64,000 nucleotides of DNA from the human T2T-CHM13v2.0 reference genome, Homo sapiens: NCBI RefSeq assembly GCF_009914755.1, contig NC_060925.1. One strand, written 5' to 3'. Both the position numbers and the translations under genes were made by a program. The notes beneath the pieces are model-generated. The model was not told where the DNA came from. It did no database searches and saw only the letters and a program-made list of their open reading frames with translations. Shown here piece after piece: positions 1 through 14,450 of this stretch. Each line of letters begins with the position of its first letter. Position 1 is the first letter of the stretch.

Positions 1-337
1 GTTAGAAGGTAGTCATTACAATTAAGCTTGTATTATGCTCCGCAAAAGGATTCACTAAAGGACACATTCAAATAAGGAGACATGTATTTCAAGTATTTGC
101 TTACAGGTTACTAAATAAGAAATCTGAGGCTGGGCAATCAGGGAAATTAAAGATTAAATGCCATTGGATGTCCAGTGAAGATTAATATCTGTGAAATAAT
201 ATCAAAAATTTGATTTACACACATACTTATAATAACCCATTAAATGAGATTGTCATGGCTGAGAGGATACCTTTGATTTTTATTTTCATTTCTTCTGATC
301 AGAGTTCCTTAGATTTAACTGACACAAAATTTTGTAC

Positions 338-450
338 CTTGAAGTGATGCCACGAATTGTGGGTGTTGGTATATCACTTGGAGTGTCTTCCACAGTGGTA
401 ATTTGGGTTCCATTGCTTTTCACGCAGGCATATATTGTGCAGACTTCAAC
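338..450 (-). CDS. USH2A: USH2A exon 47 (113 nt): VEVCTIYACVKSNGTQITTVEDTPSDIPTPTIRGITSR
   Basis: Acceptor tgtttgcag|GTTG, donor AAG|gtacaa; phase-0 start matches the exon 46 end. Confidence 0.94.
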
Positions 451-2222
451 CTGCAAACATTAGTTTAGAAAAAATAAATGCAACCATTTTTGAAATACTT
501 ACTAACAATAGTCTGAATCCCACCTTCCCTCATTTCACATGAATCTCTTGTATTTCTCTATAGCCTCTTGAGGTTTAATCAATATTCATTTTTGATGTTA
601 ACTGACTCCAAAGGAATGAGCTCAGAGGAAGGTACGGAATTGGGATCAAGATAATTGATTTAGTAATGGGAATGATGATGTTTACTCTCTGGTTGCAACT
701 ATTCACAAAGAGAAAGATACATTAATCTACTGAAGAGCATAGTCAAGGAATGGAAGATGCCCAAGTGACAGTTTGCAAGCATAACAGGTTATCACTGCTC
801 ACTGTTCTCTAAATCTATAACTAAGTAGTGTAATGATGGTATCTTCTGGAAGTCTTGACACTGTAAAACAAATAGCCTAAATGCTAATGTCTAATGGAGG
901 AAAAATGAGGCCTAGAGAAGCCTTCCAATATGGCTGAGGTATTTTATATCCATTTGTTCCAGATGCAATTGTATTTTTACCTTAATCACAGCAGAAAATC
1001 ATCATTCATCCCTTTAATTCTGCCACCTAATCTGAATAAAAACCGAGGAGGGTGGAATAACTGAAGATTAGAAATGGGGTTCATCAAGCATTAGTCACAC
1101 AAAAGGAACACGTTAACCAAGAGGGAGGAGAGAGAAATGAATATGCAAAAGATTGGGAACATCTGCAAAGCGATATCATTCTGCTCTCAATTAAAGGATA
1201 AACCAAAGAGAAACTGTACTTTTTACAGTGCTAATTTACTTTAAGCATCTAATATATAAATAGAGAAGGCAAGCTAGGTACTGATGAATCTTAAACATTA
1301 ATTCCGAGCTTTTATGTGAAACAGTTCTCTGTTCCTTTGGTGGTTGAGGAAAGGCAAATGGGATTCTTGTATTTACTAGATATGCTATTTTATTCATAGG
1401 GTACCTAAATGTTAGTTGAGGCATATGTTCATAATGCTGTATGAGTTGTGTTACTTATTGATGCCATATAGTCTTTTGAGGTATTAATAGTGGATATTTA
1501 AACACTATCAAGGGCCTACATTCTGAGCATGTCCAATTAAATCTGAAATAAAGGCAGATGAACTTAAAATATAATGCTGTAATATAATTAATGAAAATGA
1601 ACTTTATACATATTGGAAAAATTTGATTCTGTGATACATAATGAGATAACCCAGAATCAATTCAACTGAATTTATTATGTATCTAATATGTGCCAAATAT
1701 TATAATGGATATATGCACAAATAATCGTATTGATTCCTCATAACTCCATTTAAACAAATTTGCAGAGAAGCCAGGGAATATTGTCAAGCTGGTAAGATTT
1801 GGGATATCTGAGTTGTTCTCCACTGTACCCTACTGGCTTCTCATCTAAATGTTAAACATAACTTTAAGCTCTAAACTACTTAGGTATATTCAAATGTTTC
1901 TCCAGAAAACATTTCTTTTGATTCATTGGTCAAAGGAAAATGACCAATGACTACTGCTGGTAGCCAGATGATTATATATGTTTTAACCTCAAATGTTAGA
2001 GAAATGTGCCAATATGTTTTTATTCTTACTAATGTTAACATTCCCAGTCTCCATTTTGGGACCTATTTCTAGTGCTAAAACGATATTGTATAACATGTGA
2101 ATGAAACACAAATATAAAGCTTACTGTATTTATACTAAAAAGAGGTAAAACTGAATAAAAATGAAATTATTATTTCTTTGTAAAAGGGACATATAAAGGG
2201 ATTATTCAAAAAGTAGATACTT

Positions 2223-2544
<322 letters not shown>

Positions 2545-3388
2545 GATACTTGAGTGTGTTATGTGCTTTAAAATCAATAGCTATTTTACAGATGGGGTTA
2601 GCATAGAGAGCCTTAATTCTAAAGTATTAGGCATTCCAATCAAATGCTTATTTTAAATGAAACTAAATCACCTTTGACATCGTAATGAAAATCACTGAAA
2701 TTTGATGTTCAAATTTCCAGAAATGCAACAGCTATATCAAGTACAGTATTCCTGGACTGCAAAAAGCTTCACAAAAAATATAGTAATCAGTAATAAGAAT
2801 ATCTTAGGCACTAATAACAAAATTCTATTATTGGATTCTACTTTGATCTTTTGTATTTTCATCTGTTTCCACTCTCCTCAGGCTACCAGAAGAGGAGGCT
2901 TTATACCTACTGGCTTGAGTTATTTATACCTGACTCAAACCAGTAGTGGTATAAATAAAGCCTTTTCCATAGAATAGGCCTTAAACACTTTTAAACGTTA
3001 ACTCTTGATCCAGAGTCAGAAAGCTGAGCTGCACATGCATGCACAGCACACAGTGTTCTCACTTCTAGGTTGTGTGTTTCGAGTCTTGGTAAAGCAAATG
3101 AATAAGGTGCCTTTGAAAACTCAGCTTTCCCGAACACTGGTCAAAAGAAGACAATACGGCAAATCCTCCATCACCTTCCTGTGTTAGCCTTTTTTATATA
3201 GCTATATTTCTAATTTATTTGGAGCATGATTTCTATTTCATAATTTGGCCTATGGTCTACCTGCATACATGGACTCACCATAAGAATCATGAACATAAAC
3301 ATCAGTCCACATATTCCATGCTAAGACAACTCAGGTAGGCTATGGGAATCATGGTGTGCAATGAAAACAAACCACTGCTTAAGAAAAT

Positions 3389-5340
3389 CAGAGAGGACAC
3401 AAATGGAAAAACATTCCATGCTCATGGATAGGAAGAATAAATATCATGAAAATGGCCATATTGCTCAAAGTAATTAATAGATTCAATGATATTCCCATTA
3501 AACTACCAATGACATTCTTCACAAAATTAGAAAAAACTACTTTAAAGTTCATATGGAACCAAAAAAGAGCCTGTATAGCCAAGACAATCATAAGCAAAAA
3601 GAACAAAGGTGGAGGCATCACACTACCTGACTTTAGGCTATACTACAAGGCTACAGTAACCAAAACAGCATGGTACTGGTACAAAAACAGACACATGGAC
3701 CAATGGAACGGAATAGAGATCTCAGAAATAAGACTGCACATTTACCACTATCTGATCTTCGACAAACCTGACAAAAACAAGCAGTGGGGAAAGGATTCCC
3801 TATTTAATAAATGGTACTGGAAAAACTGGCTAGCCATATGCAGAAAATTGAAACTGGATCCCTTCCTTACATCTTATACAAAAAGTAACTCAAGATGGAT
3901 TAAAGACTTAAATGTAAAACCCAAAACTATAAAAATCCTAGAAGAAAACCCAGGCAATACCATTCAGGACATAGGCACAGGCAAACATTTCATGACAAAA
4001 ACATCAAAAACAATTGCAACAAAAGCAAAAATTGACAAATGGGATCTAATTAAACTAAAGAGCTTCTGCATAGCAACAGAAACTATCCTCAGAGTGAACA
4101 GGCAACCTACAGAATGGGAGAAAATTTTTGCAATCTATCCATCTGACAAAGGTTTAATATCTAGAATCTATAAGAAACTTAAACAAATTTGCAAGAAAAA
4201 ACAACCCCATCAAAAAAAATGGGCAAAGGACATGAACAGACACGTCTCCAAAGAAGAATTTATGCGGCCAACAAACATATAAAGCTTACTATATTTATAT
4301 TAAAAAGAGGTAAAACTGAATAAAAATGAAATTATTATTTCTTTGTAAAAGGGACATATAAAGGGATTATTCAAAAAGTAGATACTTGGCTGGGTGCAGT
4401 GGCTCACACCTGTAATCCCAGCACTGTGGGAAGCTTAGGCAGGTGGATCACCTGAGGTCAGGAGTTTGATACCAGCCTGGTCAACATGGTGAAACCCTGT
4501 CTCTACTGAAAATATACACAAAAGAATAACCTGGTGTGGTGGTGGGCACCTGGAGCTCAACATAACTGATCATTACAGAAATGCACATCAAAACCACAGT
4601 GAGATACCATTTCATGCCAGTCAGAATGGTGATTATTGAAAAGTCAAGTAACAACAGATGCTGGTGAAGCTGTGGAGAAATAGAAGGGCTTTTACACTGT
4701 TGGTGGGAATGTAAATTAGTTCAACCATTGTGAAAGACAGTGTGGTGGGTCCTCAAAGACCTAGGACCAGAAACACAATTAGACCCAGCCATCCCATTAC
4801 TGGGTATATACCCAAAGAAATATAAATCATTCTATTATAAAGATACAAGCACATATATGTTCATTGCAGCACTATTAACAATAGCAATGACATGGAATCA
4901 ACCCAAACGTCCATCAATTATAGACTGGATAAAGAAAATGTGGTACATGTACACCATGGAATACCATGCAGCCATAAAAAGGAATGAGATCATGTCCTTT
5001 ACAGGGACATAGATGGAGCTGGAAGCCATTTTATCCTCAGCAAACTAACACAGGAACAGAAAAACAAACATCACATGTTCTCACTTATAAGTAGGAGCTG
5101 TACAGTGAGAACACATGGACACAGCGAGGGGAACAACACACACTGGGGCCTGTTGGGGGGGCATCAGGGGAGGGAGATCATCAGAATAAATAGCTAATAA
5201 TACATGTACAGGTAAATACCTGGTAGATGGGTTGTTAGGTGCAGCAAACCACCATGGCATACGTTTACCTAGGTAACAAACCTACATGTCCTGAACACGT
5301 ATACAGGAACTTAAAATAAAATACATTTAAATGAAAAAAA
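3389..5340 (+). mobile_element. 5'-truncated L1PA (about L1PA8-13), ORF2 3' part plus 3'UTR
   Basis: ORFs 3446..4282 and 4740..5012 are L1 ORF2 C-terminal sequence; G-rich 3'UTR, A tail, probable TSD aagaaaa(a)t. Confidence 0.92.
4277..4554 (+). repeat. 278-bp direct copy of 2112-2389 (unique flank plus Alu 5' half) inserted in the L1
   Basis: Colinear at offset 2165 with about 7 mismatches by eye; L1 resumes at gctcaacat. Confidence 0.95.
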
Positions 5341-6639
5341 AAGAAAAATAATTAATGTACCTTTCTTCTTTATTCAAAGATATTTTTATTTGGTTTTCTT
5401 AGGAAGCTAGGTCTATGAGTCAGAGTAGGGGAGACTAAAGTGTTGGTTGTAGCCAGATGATTATATGTCTTAACCTCAAATGTCAGGAAAAGGAGATGGA
5501 AACCTGAATGAGGTAGTACTATTAAATGGATAGAACCAGTAAAAAGTTTCTGTGGTCATATAAAATTTCTGTGCTTAATATCTTCTGAAAATTATCTTAC
5601 GAAGCTCTTATGAATTTTAGAAGTAGCATAGTTTATTAAAAAATTTTGTAAATTGCAAGCTTTCTCTAAATGTGGGGTTTCTGAAATACTCTGATTTTTT
5701 TTTATCACTCATTTGCACATTTAGCCTTGTTATCTTTTATGGCTTGGTACTCCAACAAGATTTCCAATTCCGTGAAGATAAGTTCCTTGTTTTATATGCC
5801 TTAGTATTCCCTATACTTTTTCTACTTTTAAGGCCAGTAGCCCCTGAAGAAGTCTATGAATTTGACTTCAAGTGATCAGTGCACTTTCTGAAATTATGTG
5901 TTAAATTTTGTCATACAAGTGCATAAATATTTTTCTAAGGCAGAGTACACTGACTTCATAAGATTCTCAAAGAAGTCCAAGGGCAAAAAATTTTAACCAC
6001 AATTGCTCTCACATATGCGGAGAACATTGAACATTTTTTGAGTGATGAATAAATATATTTCTTTCACCTTCAGATAAAACCTTTTAATATTTTTTGTCTG
6101 CTATATTTTTTATATATGTCTTCCTGTTGCATTCAGAATCACAGAATGCTAGAGGTGGCTAGAATGTTTTAAGACATCTAGTCCATTGCGCTTACAAAAG
6201 AGGAAATTGACACCAAGTGAAGTTTCATAACTTCTCTGGAGATATTAAATTAGTAAATAGGAGAAATGGGAAGAGAAAAAAACATCTCCACATTTACAAA
6301 CTGATTCTGATTTTGATTTCAGTAAAAGATCCTGGGAAAAGGTAAGCTGCTCAACAAGATTTATTTAGAATACATGATTAGCTTTATTTTGCCAGTGAGA
6401 ATTTCATCACCATCCTCATCACCATCGTTTTCCATATTATCATTATCTTCTCTCCAGAGACTCACATGTTTGCCTACAGCACACAGATTTAATTCTGATC
6501 AATTTCCCTTCTCTCTTTTCCCTTCCCCACCAAAGAAATAATCTGTAACCAAGACAGAAGATATCCACTTGAAGACATAGCCTGGCATGTTTTATTTAAC
6601 ATATCCATAAGCCTAACCATCAAAAAACAATGTTCTAAC

Positions 6640-6842
6640 CTGAATGTCATAGATAGTGAAGGGAGACAGGTCTCTCAGAATAAACGACCCAGGCACATTC
6701 ATTCCAGTCTTGTAGAGCTTATTATTTACATAGATAGAATACTCAGTGACAACACCATTTGGGTTTGAAGGAGATGTCCAGATGACACGTACAGCTGTAC
6801 TGTTGATGATGACAACCTCTGGAGGAAGCATGCCCTGAGGCT
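6640..6842 (-). CDS. USH2A: USH2A exon 46 (203 nt): PQGMLPPEVVIINSTAVRVIWTSPSNPNG...DLSPFTIYDIQ
   Basis: Acceptor ttaattctag|AGCC, donor CAG|gttaga; within ORF 6613..6894. Confidence 0.96.
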
Positions 6843-8169
6843 CTAGAATTAAAGGAAGAAACTGAATAAACTCCAGCTGTCTCTGAAAAAGCACATGTTA
6901 AGCTAAATGCAGATTAGTATTTAGGTTTAGCAAAGGGTTCCTCGCTTATCTGCTTTTCGCTGATGAAGTTATCACAGTCTGTAGTCCTCTGTAAATTGGC
7001 TTATTATACTCTCAGTTAGAAACCATAAGAATTGGTGGTAAAATGCTTTATACCACCAGCATAGTGCTAATCTTCAATACTATGTGACCAGTGGGATATG
7101 ATGATAAATTATTCACCCATCTGCACCACTAACACTTATCTATTTTTTGTCTTTTTTCCATCCTTTCACTCTATACCTCCAAGGTGCAGGGGAGGGAGGG
7201 AAGGAAATAAAATTTGCTCCTTGAGCAAAAAATAAAACTCAAATACAATGAGGCTGGTGGAACGTGAAAAATCATTTGATGTTACTAGCTTGTAACTCAA
7301 GCAATATGAAGCAATAATGCAATATTGTCATTATGTAAATGATTTTGAATGTTGATTACCATAGGTAATGATGAAATCTAACATAAGAAAAAAATCTTGC
7401 TTAGCGTTAAATTGCATAATTATTCAAGCATGTCAGAAATAACTATGCAAAGACCTATTTTTATCATAAGAACCCATCTTAACTAGTTGAAGAATTGTCC
7501 TTGTGATCTACCCTATTTTATAAACAAAAGGTGCCGACCTTTGGCACCACAAAGGGAAATGGGTTCCACACTTAAAGAGCTCTGCTAATGACCTGGAACA
7601 CTTGCTTGGGAGGTAATGATATTATAATGTTTATAATGAGACTTTATAAAGCCAAAAAAGATTAGAAAGACCATTCCAAACACATTTCAGATTCACAAGT
7701 TGCTTCCCTTGCTTCCTCCCCCTTGCTAACTGGCTTAGAAATGAGTCACAGGCAATTTTTCTCAGTGGCTGAACTTCCACCTACCATTTCTGGTGACTCA
7801 GGGAGGGCTCTCACTGTGTTTGGCTGTCGTTTTGAAAAACGTACTGCTTCTGAGGGCAAATCTTAAAAAAAAAGTTTCTAAATGTCACCATTTATTGATG
7901 TGAACTCAGTTCTAAAATAAGTATACACTGAAAAGAACAGGAACAAACTGGGCTAATATCTCATTATTAGAGCTTGTGCTTCTGTCTCAATGGGACTGCT
8001 TATTGATCTGCTACTGATGACAGTGAGCACTTAAGCATTTTAGCCTCCACCCCCTTCCCTCCCACACCGGAAATTTTATAATGGAGGGATGACTGATCTC
8101 AACCCCGGCAAGAATCAATCAATTTCATTCGCATCTCTGAGGCAAATATCCTTTAGAATCTGGACTCAC

Positions 8170-8379
8170 CCCCATCGCAAGTGGTTGCATGAAGTCCTGC
8201 ACTGTTGATGCTGTGGACTCCATTGAAGACAGAGATAAAGATCCAATACTCTGTGTTTGGCTTTAGGTGGCCAATGACATGAGAGTTTACATCTGGCAAG
8301 ATTTTTAGAGAGTCGTTTGAGGTAGCAGAACTCCAAAAAAGTGTGTAATATTCAACTTCACCTTGTAGGTCTTGAACAG
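8170..8379 (-). CDS. USH2A: USH2A exon 45 (210 nt, in-frame): VQDLQGEVEYYTLFWSS...NSAGLHATTCDG
   Basis: Acceptor ttgttgacag|CTGT, donor GGG|gtgagt; within ORF 8153..8449. Confidence 0.96.
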
Positions 8380-8520
8380 CTGTCAACAATAAATGCAGGA
8401 CATGGTGAATGTAGCTGAGGCTTTCAGGGGAAAAAAAAAATTCTATCATTAGCTTTCTAGAATGAGAAAAAAAGAAGTTTAGAGAGCCTTTGTTTTGGAA
8501 ATGTTAAAAAAAGCTTATGA

Positions 8521-8859
<339 letters not shown>

Positions 8860-9716
8860 AGTTTTTATTTTTTAATAATTTGCGTTTTTTCCCAATCTCA
8901 TAATTAATTGCAGTCTTATGTAGGAATATGAGTCTTATAAAAGTCTCATCTTTTTAATTTCCTTTAAATATTTTAATTTTGCTACTTATAATTATTCAAT
9001 GAATCATCAGAACTTTGATATAACACTTATGAAAGGAAACTAAGATGAAAATGAAAGTATACAGTACATAGAACAACTTCTGCTCATAAGTAACATAATC
9101 TTAGAGAGAAGACTAGGCTAATACAAATAAGAGCATTTCCTGACACAGATCCTAGAGACATTTTTTTAACTTGCTAACAACATTCGCTAACTGATACCTA
9201 GAAGGATGCTTAGAAAGATATCCTTTTATATACATTGTCAATGTAGCAGGGCTACATAGCATGCTCCCCTTAAGGACTGGCTCAGGATAATACTTAAATT
9301 TTTATCAGGGCTCTCATCCTTCTCTTCTAGTTCAATGTGTTTCTATAATGTAGAGAAGCCTTTAAAAGATACCAAAATCAATCACTAACTGTCTTGCAAA
9401 TATAACTCATCAATTCTTCAACCCTTATCCTTTCAAAGACCAGTCTATTATTTTTTCTCCTCTTCCTCCCAATTTATCCATTCTTTTCCTTAGGCTCTGC
9501 TTCTCATTATCTGCCCACAATGATTCTTTAACAAGAGAACATGAAAACAGCCATATTTTCTTAGGTAGGAAGTATTATGCTGCTCTACTTACATCAGTAT
9601 TATTTTCAGAGACTTTTAAGCAGAAACGATTACCTTAGTTTGTTAGGATGGGGGTGGAGTGTTGGCTTACAAGCCTTCTGAAATTTCATGTCAAATTATG
9701 CATCAAAAATTGCTCA

Positions 9717-10014
9717 GGCTGGGCACAGTGGCTGACACCTGTAATCCTAGTACTTTATGAGGCTGAGATCACTTGAGCTCAGGAGTTCGAGACCAGCCTG
9801 GGAAACGTGGCAATACCCCATCTCTACATGAAACACAAAAACTAACCAGGTGTGATGGCACACACCTGTAGTCCCAGCTACTCAGGAAGCTGAGGCAGTA
9901 GGATGGCTTGAGCTCAGGAGGCAGAGGTTGTGGTGAGCTGAGATCGTGCCACTGTACTCCAGGCTGGACAACAGAATGAGACCATGTCTCAGGAAAAAAA
10001 AAAAAAGAAAAAAA
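9717..10014 (+). mobile_element. AluJ with a small left-arm deletion
   Basis: Alu consensus motifs and A-rich tail. Confidence 0.85.
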
Positions 10015-11699
10015 GTTAAACAGCATTAGTCCAAGGATTGGGAGGAAAAAGTGGCATTTCTCCTTATGGCTATTGAAGTCCAATTTCACTTATATGTGAG
10101 ATCCCAGCATATGGCCATATAAAGTAATATAGCTTTGAGAATAGTATGTTTCTTTAAAGGACCCCTTTACATTAAAGTCTTGGTGATTTTGCATAAAAAC
10201 TGAATACTAGGTTTTTCTTTTTGTTTTTCCTAAATACACTACTGCTTTCACTTTAGCTCTAGAAATAGTTAAAAGGGTATGATGTGCCAGTGTAGTTGGA
10301 AGAGTTTGTATTGGAAGACCTTTAGCAATTAATTTGGAAAATTCTGGGTTTTGCAGTGTTTCTTTCCTCTGATGTCACAAAAATGTAAGCACATGCAATA
10401 ATGAGGTCATTATTGATCATCGGCAGGAACTGACTATTAAAATCCCTTAACATTTTCCTGAATGATAATATTCGTCAAGTACAGCAAAGCCATGGGTGTA
10501 GTGAGTGCAAACGTTTCTTCTGTTACTAGCATCATTTTCTACTGTCTCACAGCATTATTTATTACTCATTAATTTGTGGCTGCTATGGTATAATGCAAAG
10601 TGTACTAGATTTGTAGTTTATGTTGAATTTTAGTTTGTTAAGTGAGCAGGCTGATTATAAAGTCAAGCCCTAAAGATATAATATTAATGAAATGCTTTCA
10701 AACTTCACTTACGTATATAAATTAATTTCACTTGGGTTATTAAATGTGCCTGTTATCTGCACTATCAAGTTCCAATTAATATACCTATGTAGATACATTA
10801 AATATATTTCCACTAGCACAAGTTCAAGATGAGCAAAGATCACATGTCAATGTCTGGATGAGACCCCATTAAATGTCCTTTCTTAGCCATGCACCGTATG
10901 CCAGTCCCTCTGAAACAGAACAGAACCTAGGACAACAGGAAAAGATGGTGATTCCGTTCCATTGTTTATGTCTTACTGCATGATATGGAGGCTCTTGAGA
11001 ACAGAAACAGGCAGCACTTCTGGGTAACAAGTACCGGATTTCTGGCCTATTCTCCCTGTTTCCAACATTTGCTTCAACACTTGTTTCTCCACTCATGTGG
11101 ATGTTACACTTGGAAGTCCAAAACATAGAAAAATGTAGAAACACATACAATTTTATACATGTTCCTGGTTATCACATGAGAAGTTCTGGGAGCAGTACAT
11201 GCATAGAAGCATCTTTTTCATTGCTCAAATAAGGTCTTTAAACTTTGATGTACTCTTCCTAAGTCAGTGAACCATCTAAGAAACAGAAGATACATCTTCA
11301 GTTCAATAGACCAGCACAAAATTAAAGGCTGATGACCTTGATTTTACCTCTGAGAGAGGAAGGCTATTAACATGGAAACAGCTGAATGAAGAGGCAAGTA
11401 AATTTCACCCTCCCTGTCTATTGAGAAAAGCTGGGTCTGAATGTATCTCTCCTTTTTTAAATAGAAAAACATAAGTTACAAGGCTTCTTCCTAGCATAAG
11501 ACAAGGGAAATCTTGTCTAGAACCTTCCAAGGCAGAAGTTTTGTGTATATTACTTCTATGACAATGGGATGGAGGTTTTATAAAATATTTGCATGGTGTA
11601 CCAAAAATAAAAAAGGGACATTACTTTATGAAAAAGAAGCCTCTATGAAGTAGGTTTGTAAAATCATAAAAAGACAGCCACAAAGACAGAGATGTAAAG

Positions 11700-12650
11700 G
11701 GGTCTGCCTTAAATAAGAAAGGAGAGCAAGGAACCATGTAAAGCAATGGCAGAATTAAAACGTACGTTGAAAGCAGAAATGAGCAGAGTTAAAAATGCAC
11801 AATATCAAAGAATTAACAGGAAAATGACAAGGACATCAGTGAAAGTAAAAATTATAGACATCGAGAACAGAAAAAGTCTAATTACCTTAAAAATAAATGC
11901 AATAAATAATTATGGATATGAAATGCCCCAATAAACCTTACCCAAAATGACTTATGTCTACAAACTGAATAGACTAATACAGTTTTCTCCAAAATAATCA
12001 CAATATATCCAAACATAGACATATCATGGAATATTGAAACATTTTAAAGGTAAACCAAAAATTAGGAACATTTATAAAGGAGAAAAAAATCAGATAAGCT
12101 TCAAACTTCTTATGTGGAATGTCAAATGTTGAAAGACAATGGAACAATTTCAACAAGTTTTGAGGGGAAATAGTTTAATCCAAGAATTTTATACACATTT
12201 AAATGGTTACTTATGTGTAAAAACAACAGACATACTTTCTTATTTGGGCAAATTTAAGAGAATGTGCAAAGATGAGAGAAATACTTTCTTATATCACCAA
12301 ACATTTAGAGAACATAAAACTAATTAATTGATCTTTTTAAGTTTCATGATAAAACTATCCAATAATCTTCTTCAGAAGACAGAAAGATTAATCAAGATCC
12401 AGAACTCAAGATTGGGAAAGTTTAAGAATTGCTGATAAGTACTGAAGCTATTTAGAGAAAATAGTTGCATAAAAAAATTATATCATAACAACAATATTAA
12501 CAATAATAATAAACTGAACATTGAAAACAGCAGATGAGAAAGGCAAGAAAAGTAACAGCATATTAAGTTCTTTATTACATATAAAATAGAATGGCATGAA
12601 AAAACAGAGAAAGACATTAGTAACCATTAATATCATTAATACCATTTAAA
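11700..12650 (+). mobile_element. Probable ancient L1M/HAL1 ORF1-region relic
   Basis: A-rich strand bias and degenerate L1-like motifs; boundaries approximate. Confidence 0.4.
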
Positions 12651-14450
12651 TTTTAAAATATAGTCGGAAGATAAAAGCTATCTTCTGTAATCTGAAGGCA
12701 AAGATTTCTAGAACTCCCTAATACCAACATTTTTCTCTTCTTGTCAAATCATTGAACTACATTTTCTGGGCCCCATGCATCTGGACTGAGATGTGAAGGA
12801 GCAATTGGCCGTCTATGAGGGTCTAGTTTTCCCATCTAAGGTAGGACTCTAAGGCCCTGGGGAATGGTGGATTCACTAGATGGAAAAAGCCTGTCTTTAA
12901 TTGACACATAGGAGTTTAAAAAGGGCAACATAATAATAGCAGGGGACTTCAATACTCCACTGACAGTACTAGACAGGTCATCAAGACAGAAAGTCAACAA
13001 AGAAACAATGGACTTAGAGTATACCCTAGAACAAATAGACTTAACAGATATTTGTAAAACATTCTACCCCAAAACTGCAGAATATACATTCTATTCATCA
13101 GCACATGGAACATTCTCCAAGATAGTCCATATGATAAGCCACAAAATGAGTCTCAACAAATTTAAGAAAATTAAAATCATATCAAGTACTCTTTCAGATC
13201 ACAGTGGAATAAAATTGGAAATCAACTCCAATAAGAACACTCAAAATGATGCCAATACATGGAAATTAAATAATCTGCTCCTGAATGATCATTGGGTCAA
13301 CAATGAAATCAAGAAGAAAATTAAAAATTATTTGAACTGAATGATAATAGTGATACAACCTATCAAAACTTCTTGGATATAACAAAAGCAGTGTTAAGAG
13401 GAAAGTTCATAGTCTTAAATGCCTATATCAAAAACTCAGAAAGACCACAAATAGACAATCTAAGGTCACACCTCAAGGAACTAGAGAAACAAGTACAAAC
13501 TAAACCCAAACCCAGCAGAAGAAAAGAAATAACCAAAATCAAAGCAGAACTAAATGCAATTGAAACAAACAACCAAAACAATACAAAAGATAAATGAAAT
13601 AAAGACCTGTTCTTGGAAAAGATAAATAAAATTGACAGACCATGTAGGAAGATTAACCAAGAAAAGAAGAGAGAAGATCCAAAAAAGCTCAATTAGAAAT
13701 AAAACAGGAGACATTACAACTGATACCACAGAAATACAAAAGATCATTCAAGGCTACTGTGAACACCTTTATGCAAATAAACTAGAAAACCTAGATAAAC
13801 TCCTGGAAATATACAACTCTCCTAGATTAAACCAGGAAGTAATAGAAACTCTGAACAGACCAATAACAAGCAGTGAGATTGAAATGGTAATTATAACGTT
13901 ACCAACAAAAAAAGTCCAGGACCAGACAGATTCACAGCGGAATTCTATCAGATGTTCAAAGAAGAATGGGTACCAATCATATTGACACTATTCCAAAAGA
14001 TATAGAAAGAAGAAACACTCCTTACATCATTCTTTGAAGCCAATATCATTCTAATACCAAAAACAGGAAAGGACATGACAAAAAAGAAAACTACAGACCA
14101 ATATCCCTGATGAACATAGATGCAGAAATCCTTAACAAAATACTAGATAACCAAATCCAACAGCATATCAAAAAGACAATTCACCATGATCAAGTAGGTT
14201 TCATACCAGGGATGCAGGGATGGTTTAACATATGCAAGTCAATAAATGTGATACACCCCATAAACAGAATTGAAAACAAAAATCACATGATCATCTCAAT
14301 CAATGCAGAGAAAGCCTTTGACAAAATCCAGCATCCCTTTATAATTAAAACCCTCAGCAAAATAGGCATAGAAAGGACATACTTTAATGTAATAAAAGTC
14401 ATCTATGATAAACCCACAGCTAACATACTGAATGGGGAAAAGTGGAAAGC

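Noticed and set aside
3446-4282. 278-aa ORF as a novel gene
   Set aside because: L1 ORF2 C-terminal remnant in a truncated, interrupted element
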